From Leucoraja erinacea (lineage: Eukaryota), in NCBI RefSeq assembly GCF_028641065.1, contig NC_073406.1, positions 15,252,001 through 15,316,000 of the forward strand: a stretch of DNA of 64,000 nt, written 5' to 3'. A program made the translations under genes and the position numbers. Below the pieces are notes generated by a model. That model did no database searches and was not told the DNA's origin. It worked only from the letters and a program-made list of their open reading frames with translations. Each line of letters begins with the position of its first letter. The first letter of the stretch is position 1. Shown piece by piece: positions 1 through 11,800 of this stretch.

Positions 1-120
1 GGGAGGGGTGGGGGGGATAAAGATAAATCTCTTCTGCACCCTCTCCAAAGCTGCCACATCTTCCTGTAGAACTACACACAATATTCCAAATGTGGCCTAA
101 CCAAAGCTGCAAAATACTTG

Positions 121-470
121 CTGATGTTCCTCCAATTTGCGCTGGGCCTCACTCTGACAATGGAGGAGTCTCAGGACAGAAAGGTCAGATTGGGAATGGG
201 AGGGGAATGGCGTGAATTCACAGCTTTATCCTGCGCTACTTAATCCAAAGGCGAGCGGACAGACGGACGAAAGCAACGATCATAGAGTGGAATAGATGAC
301 ATTTCGGGTCGAGACCCTTCTTCAGACTGAGTCAGCGGAAAGAGGAACAAGAGATATAGACGGTACTAAGGACAAATGAATGGAAGATATGCCTATATCT
401 ACTCTTTCCCTTTCCCTTGACTGTCAGTCTGAAGAAGGGTCTCGACCCAAAATGTCATCTATTTCCACTC
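121..470. mobile_element. Penelope-like element (PLE) fragments: endonuclease C-terminus (minus strand) and an inverted pseudo-LTR pair
   Basis: Minus strand 121-205 reads PSHSQSDLSVLRLLHCQSEAQRKLEEHQ, resembling the C-terminal part of a GIY-YIG endonuclease. The motif ctgaagaagggtctcgaccc occurs on both strands (about 300-330 minus, 429-460 plus). Confidence 0.65.
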
Positions 471-475
471 TATGA

Positions 476-605
476 NNNNNNNNNNNNNNNNNNNNNNNNN
501 NNNNNNNNNNNNNNNNNNNNNNNNNNNNNNNNNNNNNNNNNNNNNNNNNNNNNNNNNNNNNNNNNNNNNNNNNNNNNNNNNNNNNNNNNNNNNNNNNNNN
601 NNNNN
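476..605. other. Assembly gap (130 N)
   Basis: Run of N bases. Confidence 1.
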
Positions 606-894
606 CATATAATACACAATAAACTATATTATAAATACACAAGAAACAAGTTATGTATTCTTGTACTCTTACATGGGTATGACTGCACATAAAAAATCCC
701 CCCTCCCCCCTTCCTTCCCAACCTCAGATTCACGGACCTTAGAGTGCCCCTAGTTCCTAAAACCCATTTCCATCACTGCTGATACTCAATGTCCTGACTG
801 AGCAAGACAGGCATACCATGCCTTTTGTACATTCTATATACTCATGGAACCACTTTCAAGGAGTAATGAGGGAGAGGCAGTAGAGGGAGCACCG

Positions 895-1062
895 CACAGT
901 GACGGATTCAATAAATTCTTGATTAGTTAGGGTGTCAGGGGTTATGGGGAGTAGGCATGAGAATGGGGTTGAGGGGGAAAGGTAGATTAGCCATGATTGA
1001 ATGGCGGAGTAGACTTGATGGGTCCAATGGCCTCATTTTTCTCCTAGAACTTATGATTTATG
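895..1062 (+). mobile_element. CR1 LINE 3' end fragment
   Basis: ggttatggggagtaggc...agccatgattgaatggcggagtagacttgatgggtccaatggcct matches the 3' UTR of the long CR1 at 33115-35305. Confidence 0.7.
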
Positions 1063-1289
1063 AACTTCGACCCCACGACCCCTCTGCGCATGAATGCTCT
1101 TCACGGTCTTGTATCACAAACCACAGTTGACAGAGCACAGATCCTGTGGAACATCACTGAGCACAGAACTGCAGGAATAACACCCTTCTATCACAACCCA
1201 CGACTGGTTCAAGAGTGGGGTACAGGGAGTAAAATAAGTTCATAAGTGATAGGAGAAGAATTAGGCCGTTCGGCCCATCAATCATAATT

Positions 1290-1458
1290 TCTGTGTCTTT
1301 TTTTTCTTTTTTTTTCTTTTTTCTCTTTTTTGTTTTGTATGGATATATTGACATTTGGTCTGTTCTATTAATTTAATCAAACTCTGTAAAGCACTTTGGT
1401 TCAAATACTGGTTTTGTTGAAAAGTGCTATATAAATAAAGATTATTATTATTATTTAT
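1290..1458 (+). mobile_element. L2-like LINE 3' tail with (ATT)n end
   Basis: tgtaaagcactttg...aaaagtgctatataaataaag followed by (att)n. Confidence 0.45.
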
Positions 1459-1544
1459 TAATCATGGCTGATCTATCAAAAGGCATGTATTGGACATGCA
1501 ATAAATACCAAGAGTGCCGTGCATGAATGAAATATCGAGTAATT

Positions 1545-1710
1545 GTTCTCCAGAGTAAAACACAGCGGGACCGGCAGCATCTTTGGAGAGAAGGAATGGG
1601 TGACGGTTCGGGTCGAGACTCTTCTTCAGACCCCGAAACGTCACCCATTCCTTCTCTCCAGGGATGCTGCCTGTCCCGCTGAATCACTGTGCTATTTTGT
1701 GTACATCTTC
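1545..1710. mobile_element. Inverted pair of PLE pseudo-LTR fragments
   Basis: gcagcatctttggagagaaggaatgggtgac (1576-1604) is answered by gtcacccattccttctctccagggatgctgc on the other arm. Confidence 0.7.
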
Positions 1711-2479
1711 GGCGCAGCTTCTGTCATCACAACCGTTCTCCAGAGTTCAGAACGCAAACCAAGTGGATAGCTTTCCATCTTCCCTGTAGGACAATTTGCA
1801 GCCTTCATTTAAAATCCTTATTTTTCTCAGCAGTGGCAAAGGTGGACTCGCCGACTGCTCCAGTCATCAGCATTGCATGACGAGGCGGCAAGGAAACCCA
1901 CAAAGTGACAGCTACAGCTCCGACCACTGCTGGTAATGTCACCTCAACCCTCCACGTCATTCCGTGAGTGATGCCTCATGATCTGTTCCCGGACATTCAG
2001 CGGAGTTTCCACGGATGGATCCCGTGCCCATGGCCCCAGGCAGCTCCGCCAAATGTCAGCCGGGGTGGGTGGCTGACTGGCAACATGGCATCTTGCAACA
2101 AGACCTACTGATATATTTGCACAATTTCAGTCGTTGGATTAACTCGTGCCTTCAAATCACCAGTGGTTTAAAATCAGCAATGTCCGAAGACTTTTACCTC
2201 CAGAAAAAAAAATGTCGAGACAGTAAATCAATAGACAATAGGTGCAGGAGTTGGCCATTCGGCCCTTCGAGCCAGCACCACCATTCAATGTGATCATGGC
2301 TGATCATCCCCAATCAGTTCCCCGTTCCTGCCCTCTCCCCATATCCCCTGACTCCGCTATCTCCCCACCACATGCCGATGCTTCAGAGATGGGTCAGAAT
2401 TCCACGTATAATTTGATGGTGTGGGACATCCAACATTTCAAACAAACCCACGATAATCATTGTTCATTATAATAATTCG

Positions 2480-2735
2480 CAATGTGCGGCGCTCCCTCAG
2501 TGTCGCCCCTCCCACAATGCGGCGCTCCCTCAGTTGCTGCTCCTCCCACTGTGCGGCGCTCCCTCGTGTTGTTTGTGGTAGGTGACGTGAGGCTGACGCC
2601 CGGCTCTGGGCTGTGTCCGGATGCCGCCTCCGCCATCTATCTATGTGCCACCGCTAAGTCTCAGGAGCAAAGTTCTTATTGCGGAGCTTTGGTCAGAAGC
2701 TCAGGCGCCGCATTCCGATTGTCCGCGCTGCGCCC
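2480..2735 (+). promoter_or_regulatory. CpG-rich promoter/5' UTR of the TNFRSF4-like gene
   Basis: CpG-dense island in an otherwise CpG-poor background. CRE-like TGACGTGA at 2583 and TGACG at 2594; three copies of TGCGGCGCTCCCTC; good Kozak context (gcgcccATGG) at 2736. Confidence 0.6.
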
Positions 2736-2862
2736 ATGGGGTCCCCGGCGCTCCTCCTGTCTGTGCTGGCAACTGTGTGTGCGGCGCTACCCCAGGACTG
2801 TCCGCCGAAGTTCAGGCTCGATCGAGTCGGGGATGATCCCTGCTGTTCAGGCTGCCCGGCAG
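2736..2862 (+). CDS. TNFRSF4: TNFRSF4-like exon 1 (signal peptide + start of CRD1)
   Basis: MGSPALLLSVLATVCAALPQDCPPKFRLDRVGDDPCCSGCPA; donor cag|gtgaga, phase 1. Confidence 0.85.
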
Positions 2863-5800
2863 GTGAGACCGCGGCCGCGATATTCATGAAGGTCGGGTGA
2901 CTTGATCCAGCCACTGGTAGGTGAGGGAAGGAGAGAGGAAGAGAGGGAGAGAGGGGGGTGGGGGGGAAGAGAGAGAGTTTAACATAGGTGCTGCATAGAT
3001 CGTTTCAGGTCGGTGGGGCTGACATCACCTGGGGGGGAAGGTACACAAAAATGCTGGAGAGAAACTCAGCGGGTGCAGCAGCATCTATGGAGCGAAGGAG
3101 ATAGGCAACGTTTCTGGCCGAAACCCTTCTTGGAGATGTGGCTGGGCAGTGATTGAAGTGTCAGTGGAGCCACAGTCGTTATTATTAGATTTTAAATATT
3201 ATGGAAAAGGATAGGACTGCTCCACAAGTTAAAGCCCGGGTTCACCGGTGCTGCATTCGCTGTAAGGCAGCAACTCCTGGCTCTTGGTTTTCTTGGTCAT
3301 CCAAAATATTCCAAGTGGAATTTAAACTGGAGGTGGTGGAGGGAGGACTTAAGCCAGAAAGGGTTTTTGGGAAGAAAGTTTTCGGGAAGAACTCAACCGC
3401 TACGCCACCGTGAAAGGACAAGTCTCTGAGGCTCAGCAGAGCATTAGTAATAAATAGAGCCAGGATTTTGCCATGTCATGTGCCTTTTCATGTCTTTTTT
3501 GATGATTTCAAAAAATCACGATCAAGTACCTAAATCAGCCTTTTTTTTTGCCGTTTTGCTAAAAGGTCATGCTATTTTCTCTAGTTGTACCGTGATTACA
3601 ATGACGTTTTCTATGTTAACACGTTAATTTTAATGTTATTATTAATGTGTTAACATAGTATAACTTACAAGAAAACTTCCACCACCGGGGCAAAACCTGG
3701 CGCGCCACCGTTGGTCGTTCATTCGTTCGTGCCTCTGCCCGCTGGTTCAGTCTTCTCCAAGATCTATTTAAGAAAGAACTGATGGAAAAATCGAAGGTAG
3801 ACAAAAAATGCTGGAGAAACTCAGCGGGTGAGGCAGCATCTATGGAGAGAAGGAATAGGCGACGTTTCGGATCGAGACTATTCCTCAGACTGATGGGGGG
3901 GGGGGCAGGAAAAAAAGGAAGAGGCGGAGACAGTGGGACTAGGAGAGCTGGGACGTGGAGGGGGAGGAGGGAGAAGACAAGGGTTATATAAAATTAGAGA
4001 AGCCAATGTTGATACTGCTGAGGTATAGACTAAACAAACGAAATACCCAAGCTTGTCTTCTCACTACATTTACTGCTGGCTCCAGTCACAAATCTGAGTT
4101 TTCGAGTGGTCTGTGCAAGGCATTTATCGATGCTGGAATTCCACTGTGGAAATTGGAAAACAAATCCCTCACAGGCTTTTTTAGAGTAATACACAGAGGA
4201 ACATATACTAAGCAAATCATCATTACGGAAAAATTATGTTGACAGCAACTTCAACATTGTGCAGAAAATTAGAGATGAAGTTGTATGTGACAAAATATGG
4301 ATCTCAATAGACGATACAACCGATGCTGTGGGCAGATATGTTGCCAATGTGGTCATCGGTACACTGGAGGCAGGTCAACCATCAAAGGAGTATTTGTTGA
4401 CATTGAAAGTATTGGGGAAGTCAAACAGCTCAGTTGTTTATATCTTCACTTGCTGTACTTTGGCCAGAAGGTATAAACGCGAGAATGTTCTTCTGTTTGT
4501 GACTTACAGTTTTATTCCCCAAAATGTCGCATTTGGCATGCTTAGTCAAGGACTTCATAGAATTGCCAAGCATATATGTAGCTTGTTTCCAAATTTCGAT
4601 CGCCTACTTTCCAATGTCAAGAAAATCTTCCTCAAAGCATCGTCATGTGTGCAGCTGTTCAAGGAAATGGCACCTGAGATTCCGCTACCTCCTCAGCCCG
4701 TTTTGACTAGGTGGGATACATGGCTCTCTGCTGTACTCTACTATGCTGCAAATTTTGAAAAGATAAAATAAATCGTCAACTGTTTTGAAGAAGAAGAATC
4801 TGCTGCAGTCAGGATAGTCAGTGAAATCATGCAGAAACAGTCCCTCCACCGTGATCTTGTGTTTATTGTTTCCAATTTTGCAAACTTCCCACAAGCTACC
4901 ACTTCCCTTGAGAAACATGGCGAAACATTAGTGAATAACTTGCAGGTTTTCAACAAAGTAACTGACGATATTTGTAAAGTTCCTGGCGATGTAGGTAAAG
5001 ACATACAAGGGGAATGTGAGAGAGTGATTTTAGCTAACAAAGATCTTGAAGAAATACAAAACATAGCTAAAGTTCTCAAAGGTAGTTCTAATACACAAGA
5101 TATCGACATGAATATAGAGTCTGTAGCTTGTTTTGGGTATGCTCTAGTGACCTCAGCTGGGGTAGAAATAAGTTTTTCACAACTTAAGCATATTCTGTCT
5201 GACAGACGACATTTTAACACCAGATAATTTGAAAAAAAATGCTAGTAATTATGTGCAACCAGGCAACTTTGGTCATTTAATTATTTTGATGGGTGGAAAT
5301 AAATGCCTTTTTATGCCTATGTTTGTCAATAAATGCCTTTTTTGTAATTTTATTATGCCTTTTTGCCTGCCTATTTCAGTTATTTAGTGCCTAAACATCC
5401 TGGCTCTAGTAATAAGAAACTCAATAGTTGGGATTATGTCCAGGGAGGTAGATTTGCTAGTACCTGTACAACTTTGGAGGTTTAAAGCTAGATTGTCAGG
5501 AGGCAATAAGGAGGCAGATGAGAAACTGAGGGCAAAAAAGTAGTCAATGTCCTGCATTACTTGCAAGATTGTCAGATGGGGAGCACAGCAAAAAGAGAGG
5601 AAAGACCAGTGGGTTAAACAGCATTTACCTTCATGCAAGAAGGTTAACAGGTAAAGCAGTTCATTTCAGGCTCGGACTCCAACTGGTTTGTTTCTCTGTC
5701 CGTACAGAACTGGCTATCACATCCATGATATCGCCTCAGTTTTTCTTCGCACTTCATTAACACATCCTGCTATTTGCAACATCTCACGTTTCAGTGCCCA

Positions 5801-8800
5801 TTCACCCACTATTAGAGCTAAGGGCATTACCAGAGCCCCCACACACCCACAATTTGGACTGTTCATACTGCTTAACTCTGGGAGGAGGTACCGCAGCATG
5901 AAGAGCGGGACAACCAGGTTCTGCAACAGCTTCATCCCCCAGGCCATAAGATTACTGAACAATCAAAAAAACCGAGGCTAGAACTTTTTAAATATCGACA
6001 CTTTTTTAAAACTTTTTTATATATATTTATTTTACAGAACCATGCGTATGAGGCATTTTTATGGACGCACCTAGAACTTTTAACTATTACTTGATTTTGG
6101 AGAGTAAAATGCAACAAAATTTCGTTCAAGGTGCACTGTGTCTAGGCGTATATCTGAATGACAATAAAGTTTTCATTCAATCATACTTTCATTCAATCAT
6201 TCATTCATTCATACATTCATCCATACATTCATCCATACATTCATCCATTCATTCATTCATTCATTCATTCATTCACACACCTACCTTTTCCTGCAACTCA
6301 ACATTATTTTATTTCACCTATCACGGTGAAGACTCTTCAACCTGAAAGGTTAACTAGGTTTTTTCCCCCACAGCCTGTAGCATTGATACTTAAGCCCCTG
6401 TCCCACTTTCACGACCTAATTGACGACCTCTGCCGAGTTTGCCCTCGACTCATACTCGCAGCATGGTCGCCACGAGGTCATAGGAGGTCTTCGTAACTCT
6501 TCCTCATGCTCGTGAGTGGTCTCCACGTACTCGTGGCCTCAAGTAGGTCTCAGGCATTTTTCCAGCCTGATAAAAAATGTCCACGAGTAAAAAAAAAGTC
6601 GGCGTGGAAGAAATTGATGCCTTTTACTTGTAGGTAGGTCGTAGTAGGTCGTGATGGTAGTCGTAGGTCGTCGTAGATAGTCGTAGATAGTCGTACGTAG
6701 TTGTAGGTCGGTAACTGGCCCAAGAAAAAAAATGCAAACATGGCATCATTTTATCATGTGATCATTTTCCACTCTTAGCTAGTCGTAGTTGGTCTTAGGT
6801 GTAGAAGACTGAGGTCAAGGGAGGTCGTAAGAGGTCGTACACATAGTCATAGGAGGTCGTAGACATAGTCGTAGGAGGTCTTTTACTTCAGCGTGTCAAC
6901 ACGACCTTGACATTTTTTTCAACTCGTTTAGGGTCTTCTAAACTCATGGATTAAGTCGTCCAAGTGGGACAGGCCCTTTAATGGTTCTTTTATTTTCCAG
7001 GTAACTATTTGGAAAAGGAATGTACTGCTCACTCTGATTCCACGTGTGCAACATGTCCAAAAGGATCATATTCCGAGCAATGGAACAACATTTATTCCTG
7101 CTTCCGCTGTGATGAGTGTGGATACGGTAATGTCACATTTACTCAAATTGTCAATGTTCTCACTGTGTGTTAATGCAAATGTAACACCTCCTGATAAACA
7201 GAGACATCCTATGTGAGGCAGCATCTATGGAGCAAAGGAAATAGGCAACGTTTTGGGCCGAAACCCTTCTTCAGACCGAAACGTTGCCCATTTCCTTTGC
7301 TCCATTGTTGCTGCCTCACCCACTGAGTTTCTCCAGCATTTTTGTCTACCTTCGATTTTCAAGCATCTGCAGTTCCTTCTTTAACATCATATGTGAGGAT
7401 ATTGGATAAGGTCATCAGAGGCCAATGCAATGCTTATCAAAGCAATTGCATTGACAAAGGATCTCGCCTTTGAAGGTTTAAAAAAAGGATAGCAGCTGAA
7501 GGAGATAACAGTTCTTTATTAAAATGATACTAGTGGACTTGTTTTAATGTATCAACTGAAGGACAAACCCCTCTGACTGTGCAACTCTCCCTCAGTATTA
7601 CACTGTTGTCTCAGTCTGTAGTTTCTGCTCACATGTCTGATAGACATAGGATCATAGTATCATACAGAATGGAAACAGGACGTGCGGCCCAACTTGTACA
7701 CACCAACTAACATCTCCCATCTACACTAGTCCCACCTGCCTGCGTTTGGCTCATATTCCTCTAAACCTGTCCTATCCATGTACCTGTCCAAATATTGCTT
7801 TGAATCCACAACATTAACTAAAGGCTGATACAGTACATTTCCAGATGCTTAATTTGACATCCTAGGTTAGATATTGCAGTGCAAATGATGATTTGTCTAA
7901 AAGTTTTCTGGTGAGATGAGTAGATTGTCCTGCCCTGTCGCGCAACAAATCCCAGACACCGTGGGTTGAGTGATGTCAACAACCAACCGGCATCACAGGA
8001 CGTTACTAAAAACAGAATCAACGCAACCGCCTGGACTACGGATTGCGAGTGGTGGGTAGGAACATGGCCATTGGGGACAGAAAATCAGCGCTACCTCAAC
8101 TTCAGACAAAGAAGGGAAATTTAACTATGCCTTGAGTCCAATTGGATAATATGACCCCCCCAGAGTTCAAACCCATACTACATCCCCACCACTCACAATC
8201 TCGCTTTGATGTCAATGGATGTTGATTTAATTCTGTTTTGTGGTTATTGTATTTAGAGAGTTTAGTTAAGAGTTTAGAGATACAGTGCGGAACCAGGCCC
8301 TTCGGCCCACCGAGTCCATGCCGACCAGCGATCCCCATACACAAGCATTATTCTACACAGTAGGGACAATTTACAATTTTACCTTGCCAATTAACCAACA
8401 AACCTGTATGTCTTTGGAGGAAACCGGAGCACCCAGAGAAATCCCACGTGGTCACGGGGAGAGCATACAAACTCCGTACAGACAGCACCCGCAGTCAGGA
8501 CCGAATCCGAGTCTGTGGGACTTTGTCTAAGGCAGCAACTCTAGCGCTGCGCCTCCGCGCCACTCTTGTACTAAAGTACCTTCTGTTCTTGCAGCAGGGA
8601 TGAAGTATAAGAGAAATTGCACGTCCATCTCCAATGCCCAGTGTGAATGCAGTGACGGCTATGTTTGCAAAGACAGCAACTGCAGAAGCTGCATCTTACC
8701 AGGTAAACGTTCCTACTGACCTGCAAGCAACTGTGTGCTCAATGTAAACCAATCGATTGAAAGGTGGGTGCTGGCTGTCAGTATCGTGCTTCTGATCATC

Positions 8801-11800
8801 ATTTTAACGCTTGTCTAATCAATTAAATGAACTGCCTGCGGTGCCTGTGTAACTGGAAGACACCCCTGTCCACCTGGCTGCCACAACAACTGGGGAAACA
8901 TATAAAATGCAATCACTCATAGAAACTTATTGAATAGTGAAAGGCCTGGGTGGAGAGGATATTGAGAGGATGTTTCCACTAGAGGGAGAGTCAGAGGCCA
9001 CATCCTCAGAATAAATATATGTATTTTTAGAAACGTGATGAGGATTGTTTTTTTTAGTCAGAGGGTGGTGAATCTGTGGAATTCATTGCCACAGACGCCT
9101 GTGGAGGCCAAGTCAATGGATATTGTTATGGCAGAGATTGACAGATTCTTGATTGATAAGGGTGTCACAGGTTATGGGGAGAAGGCAGGAGAATGGATTT
9201 GAGAGGGAAAGATAGATCAGCCACGATTGAATGAACAGATTGATTAAGGCCATGACAAGATGACTCAAAACCGTCCACCATCTGAAGTCTGAAGAAGGGT
9301 CTTGACCCGAAACGTCACCTATTCCTTCTCTCCAAAAATACTGCCTGTCCTGCCTGCTGCCCGAGTTATTCCAGCTTTTTGTGTCTACCTCCACCATCTT
9401 TCTTTTTGGGATCTTAGCGTCATTAACACCATTGTTTTTTTTCTACTACTAAAAACTCTTGAGGAGTTGATGTCGGGAGTGGGCGGGACAGAGGTAGAAT
9501 GTAGTCGGAGACAGTAAGACTGGTGGGAGAACTGTGAAGGGGAGGGGATGGAGAGGGAAAGCTTTCCCTCTCTCTCTCCATCCACTCCCCATCCCAGTTC
9601 TCCCACCAGTCTTACTGTCTCCGACTACATTCTATCTCTGTCCCGCCCACTCCCCTGACATCAGTCTGAAGAAGTTTTGGCCTAAAACGTCACCCATTCC
9701 TTCGCTTCAGAGATGTTCCCTGTCCCGCTGAGTTACTCTAGCATTTTGTGTCCAATTTAAACCAGCATCTGCAATTCTTTCCTACACATCTTAGAAACAT
9801 AGAAACATAGAAAATAGGTGCAGGAGTAGGCCATTCAGCCCTTCGAGACTGCACCGCCATTCAATATGATCATGGCTGATCATCCAACTCAGTATCCTGT
9901 ACCTGCCTTCTCTCCATACCCCCTGATCCCTTTAGCCACAAGGGCCACATCTAACTCACTCTTAAATATAGCCAATGAACTGGCCTCAACTACCTTCTGT
10001 GGCAGAGAATTCCACAGATTCACCACTCTCTATGGAAAAAATTATTTTCTCATCTCGGTCCTAAAAGACTTCCCCCTTATCCTTAAACTGTAACCCCTTG
10101 TTCTGGACTTCCCCAACATCGGGAATAATCTTCCTGCATCTAGCCTGCCCGACCCCTTAAGAATTTTGTAAGTTTCTATAAGATCCCCCCTCAATCTTCT
10201 AAATTCTAGAGAGTACAAGCCAAGTCTATCTAGTCTCCTGTATGTTTAGTAATATGGTAGCTGTATGATGTTTGTTCTATTGGCATTCATGTCATGACCA
10301 ACCTCTCCTTTATTGCAGGTGTGGAAAGCATTCCTTGCTCAACAGGGACATTTTCCACCACAGGAACCAGGCCCTGCCAACTATGGACCAAGTAAGGGTG
10401 GAGATCTGCTTCAATGGTTGTCCTTGACTCTTCTGCTATTACTTCCAGAAATTTGCTGAGTGACACTAGAAGAGGACATTGTGAACATTGGCAATTTCCT
10501 GGAATCCAGGATGCACGTTAATGTTCCCTTTTCACATAATTGATTTAAATCAAACTTCAGCCCAGCAATTTCCTGCTCTGACACATCTGCTCTGTTTGAT
10601 TACTCAAAATTGCAACAAATATTCATTATTTCCAGGACATTCACAGTCATTGAGTCATGAGCGTTGTCCCACCTTGTTCATGCTGACCACGTTTGCATGC
10701 TGAGCTAGTTCTATTTCCCTCCATTGGCATTGCAGTTGTAATTTATCTGCTTCTATAGTTTGGCGGATGTAAGAACGCCAACCACGTTTTTGTGAACTTA
10801 TTTAATTCAGAAATAACTCTTTGGTTTACAGGTCCTCACAAACACGTCAGCTACACAACTGTGGCGCTAAAGCAAAACCGTGCGAAAACAGTAGCCCCTC
10901 CCGAGTCACGTGACTGCGGCTGCTGAACGCCGGGTTCGACACCTGCGTGCGCCAGCAGGCGACACTACAATAGCTTCCTCCGGCAGCTAGTTCAGACACG
11001 GACAATCTTCAGCGCAAAAGTTGCCCCAGAGGTCCCTCTTAAATCTCCCCTCTTTCGCCATAAGCCTACGCTCTCTAGTTTTAGAATCCTCTACCCTGGA
11101 AAAAAGTCTATGAGAGTTCACTTTATCCATGTTCCTCATGATTTTATCCACCTCAATACAGTCACCCCTCAGCGTCTTATACTCCAAAGAAACAAGGAAT
11201 AAAAGCCATGGGGCAAAGGATTCCTCTGGCCATATGCATTCCTCCTCCCTTACAGTCCCACACCTTGCTCCACTATTTTGGCCTCTGTGAAGGACCTTGA
11301 CTGGAAACATGAACTGTCCAATTCCCTCCATGAATGCTTTGACCCGCTGAGTCCCTCCAGCTGGTCAAGTCTCTCTTTGGCTATAGGGTTTTCAGTGTCC
11401 TGTGCCTTTGGTTCAGAGGAGAACTTGAATAAGACAATGGTGATTCAGTGTGGCCATGTTACTCTGGGGTGCGGGGAGGGGTGGGGATGAGCGGGGAAAG
11501 GAGACTGTTGGCTCGAGTCTATTGTTGCATTGTGTAAATACTTCCCCCAATCTTCTCAGTAATGCTGTTGTCTCTGTACTTTTACAAGTTGCACCAGTCT
11601 GGGTCAAGTCGAAATAGTACCTGCCAATCAAACCAGTGATGCCATCTGCGATTATATCCATCACACACAAATCAGGCAGAAATGTAAGCGGTGACTCAGG
11701 TATTTTATTTGGTGTATTTAAACAGTCTTCATGCTCAAGTCAGTACCAGCTCTTGGTTATTATTTTCCTAAGTGTCTCATAATTGATGCTGCAGTAAACT

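Larger units (their letters stand above)
3455..5408 (+). mobile_element. hAT-superfamily DNA transposon with decayed CGGBP1/DUF659-type transposase
   Basis: 12-bp TIRs TAGAGCCAGGAT (3455) and ATCCTGGCTCTA (ends 5408). 8-bp TSD GTAATAAA/GTAATAAG. Fragmented ORF with KIWISIDDTTDAVGRYVANVVIG, PPQPVLTRWDTW and YALVTSAGVEISFSQLKHILSDRR (resembles the hAT dimerisation region). Confidence 0.85.

Noticed and set aside
1831-1932. Possible exon (tttctcag acceptor, gtaatg donor) reading SGKGGLADCSSHQHCMTRRQGNPQSD
   Set aside because: Only vaguely TNFR-like, lies upstream of the clear signal-peptide exon, has no compatible partner exons in the window, and the other two frames contain stops.
2482-2889. 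135-aa ORF and overlapping ORFs in the CpG island
   Set aside because: By-products of GC richness; the real coding frame starts at ATG 2736 and ends at the donor at 2862.
6630-6880. GTCGTAG arrays resembling a CRISPR-like repeat
   Set aside because: Eukaryotic context, no unique spacers, and the arrays are internal repeats of a Harbinger MITE.
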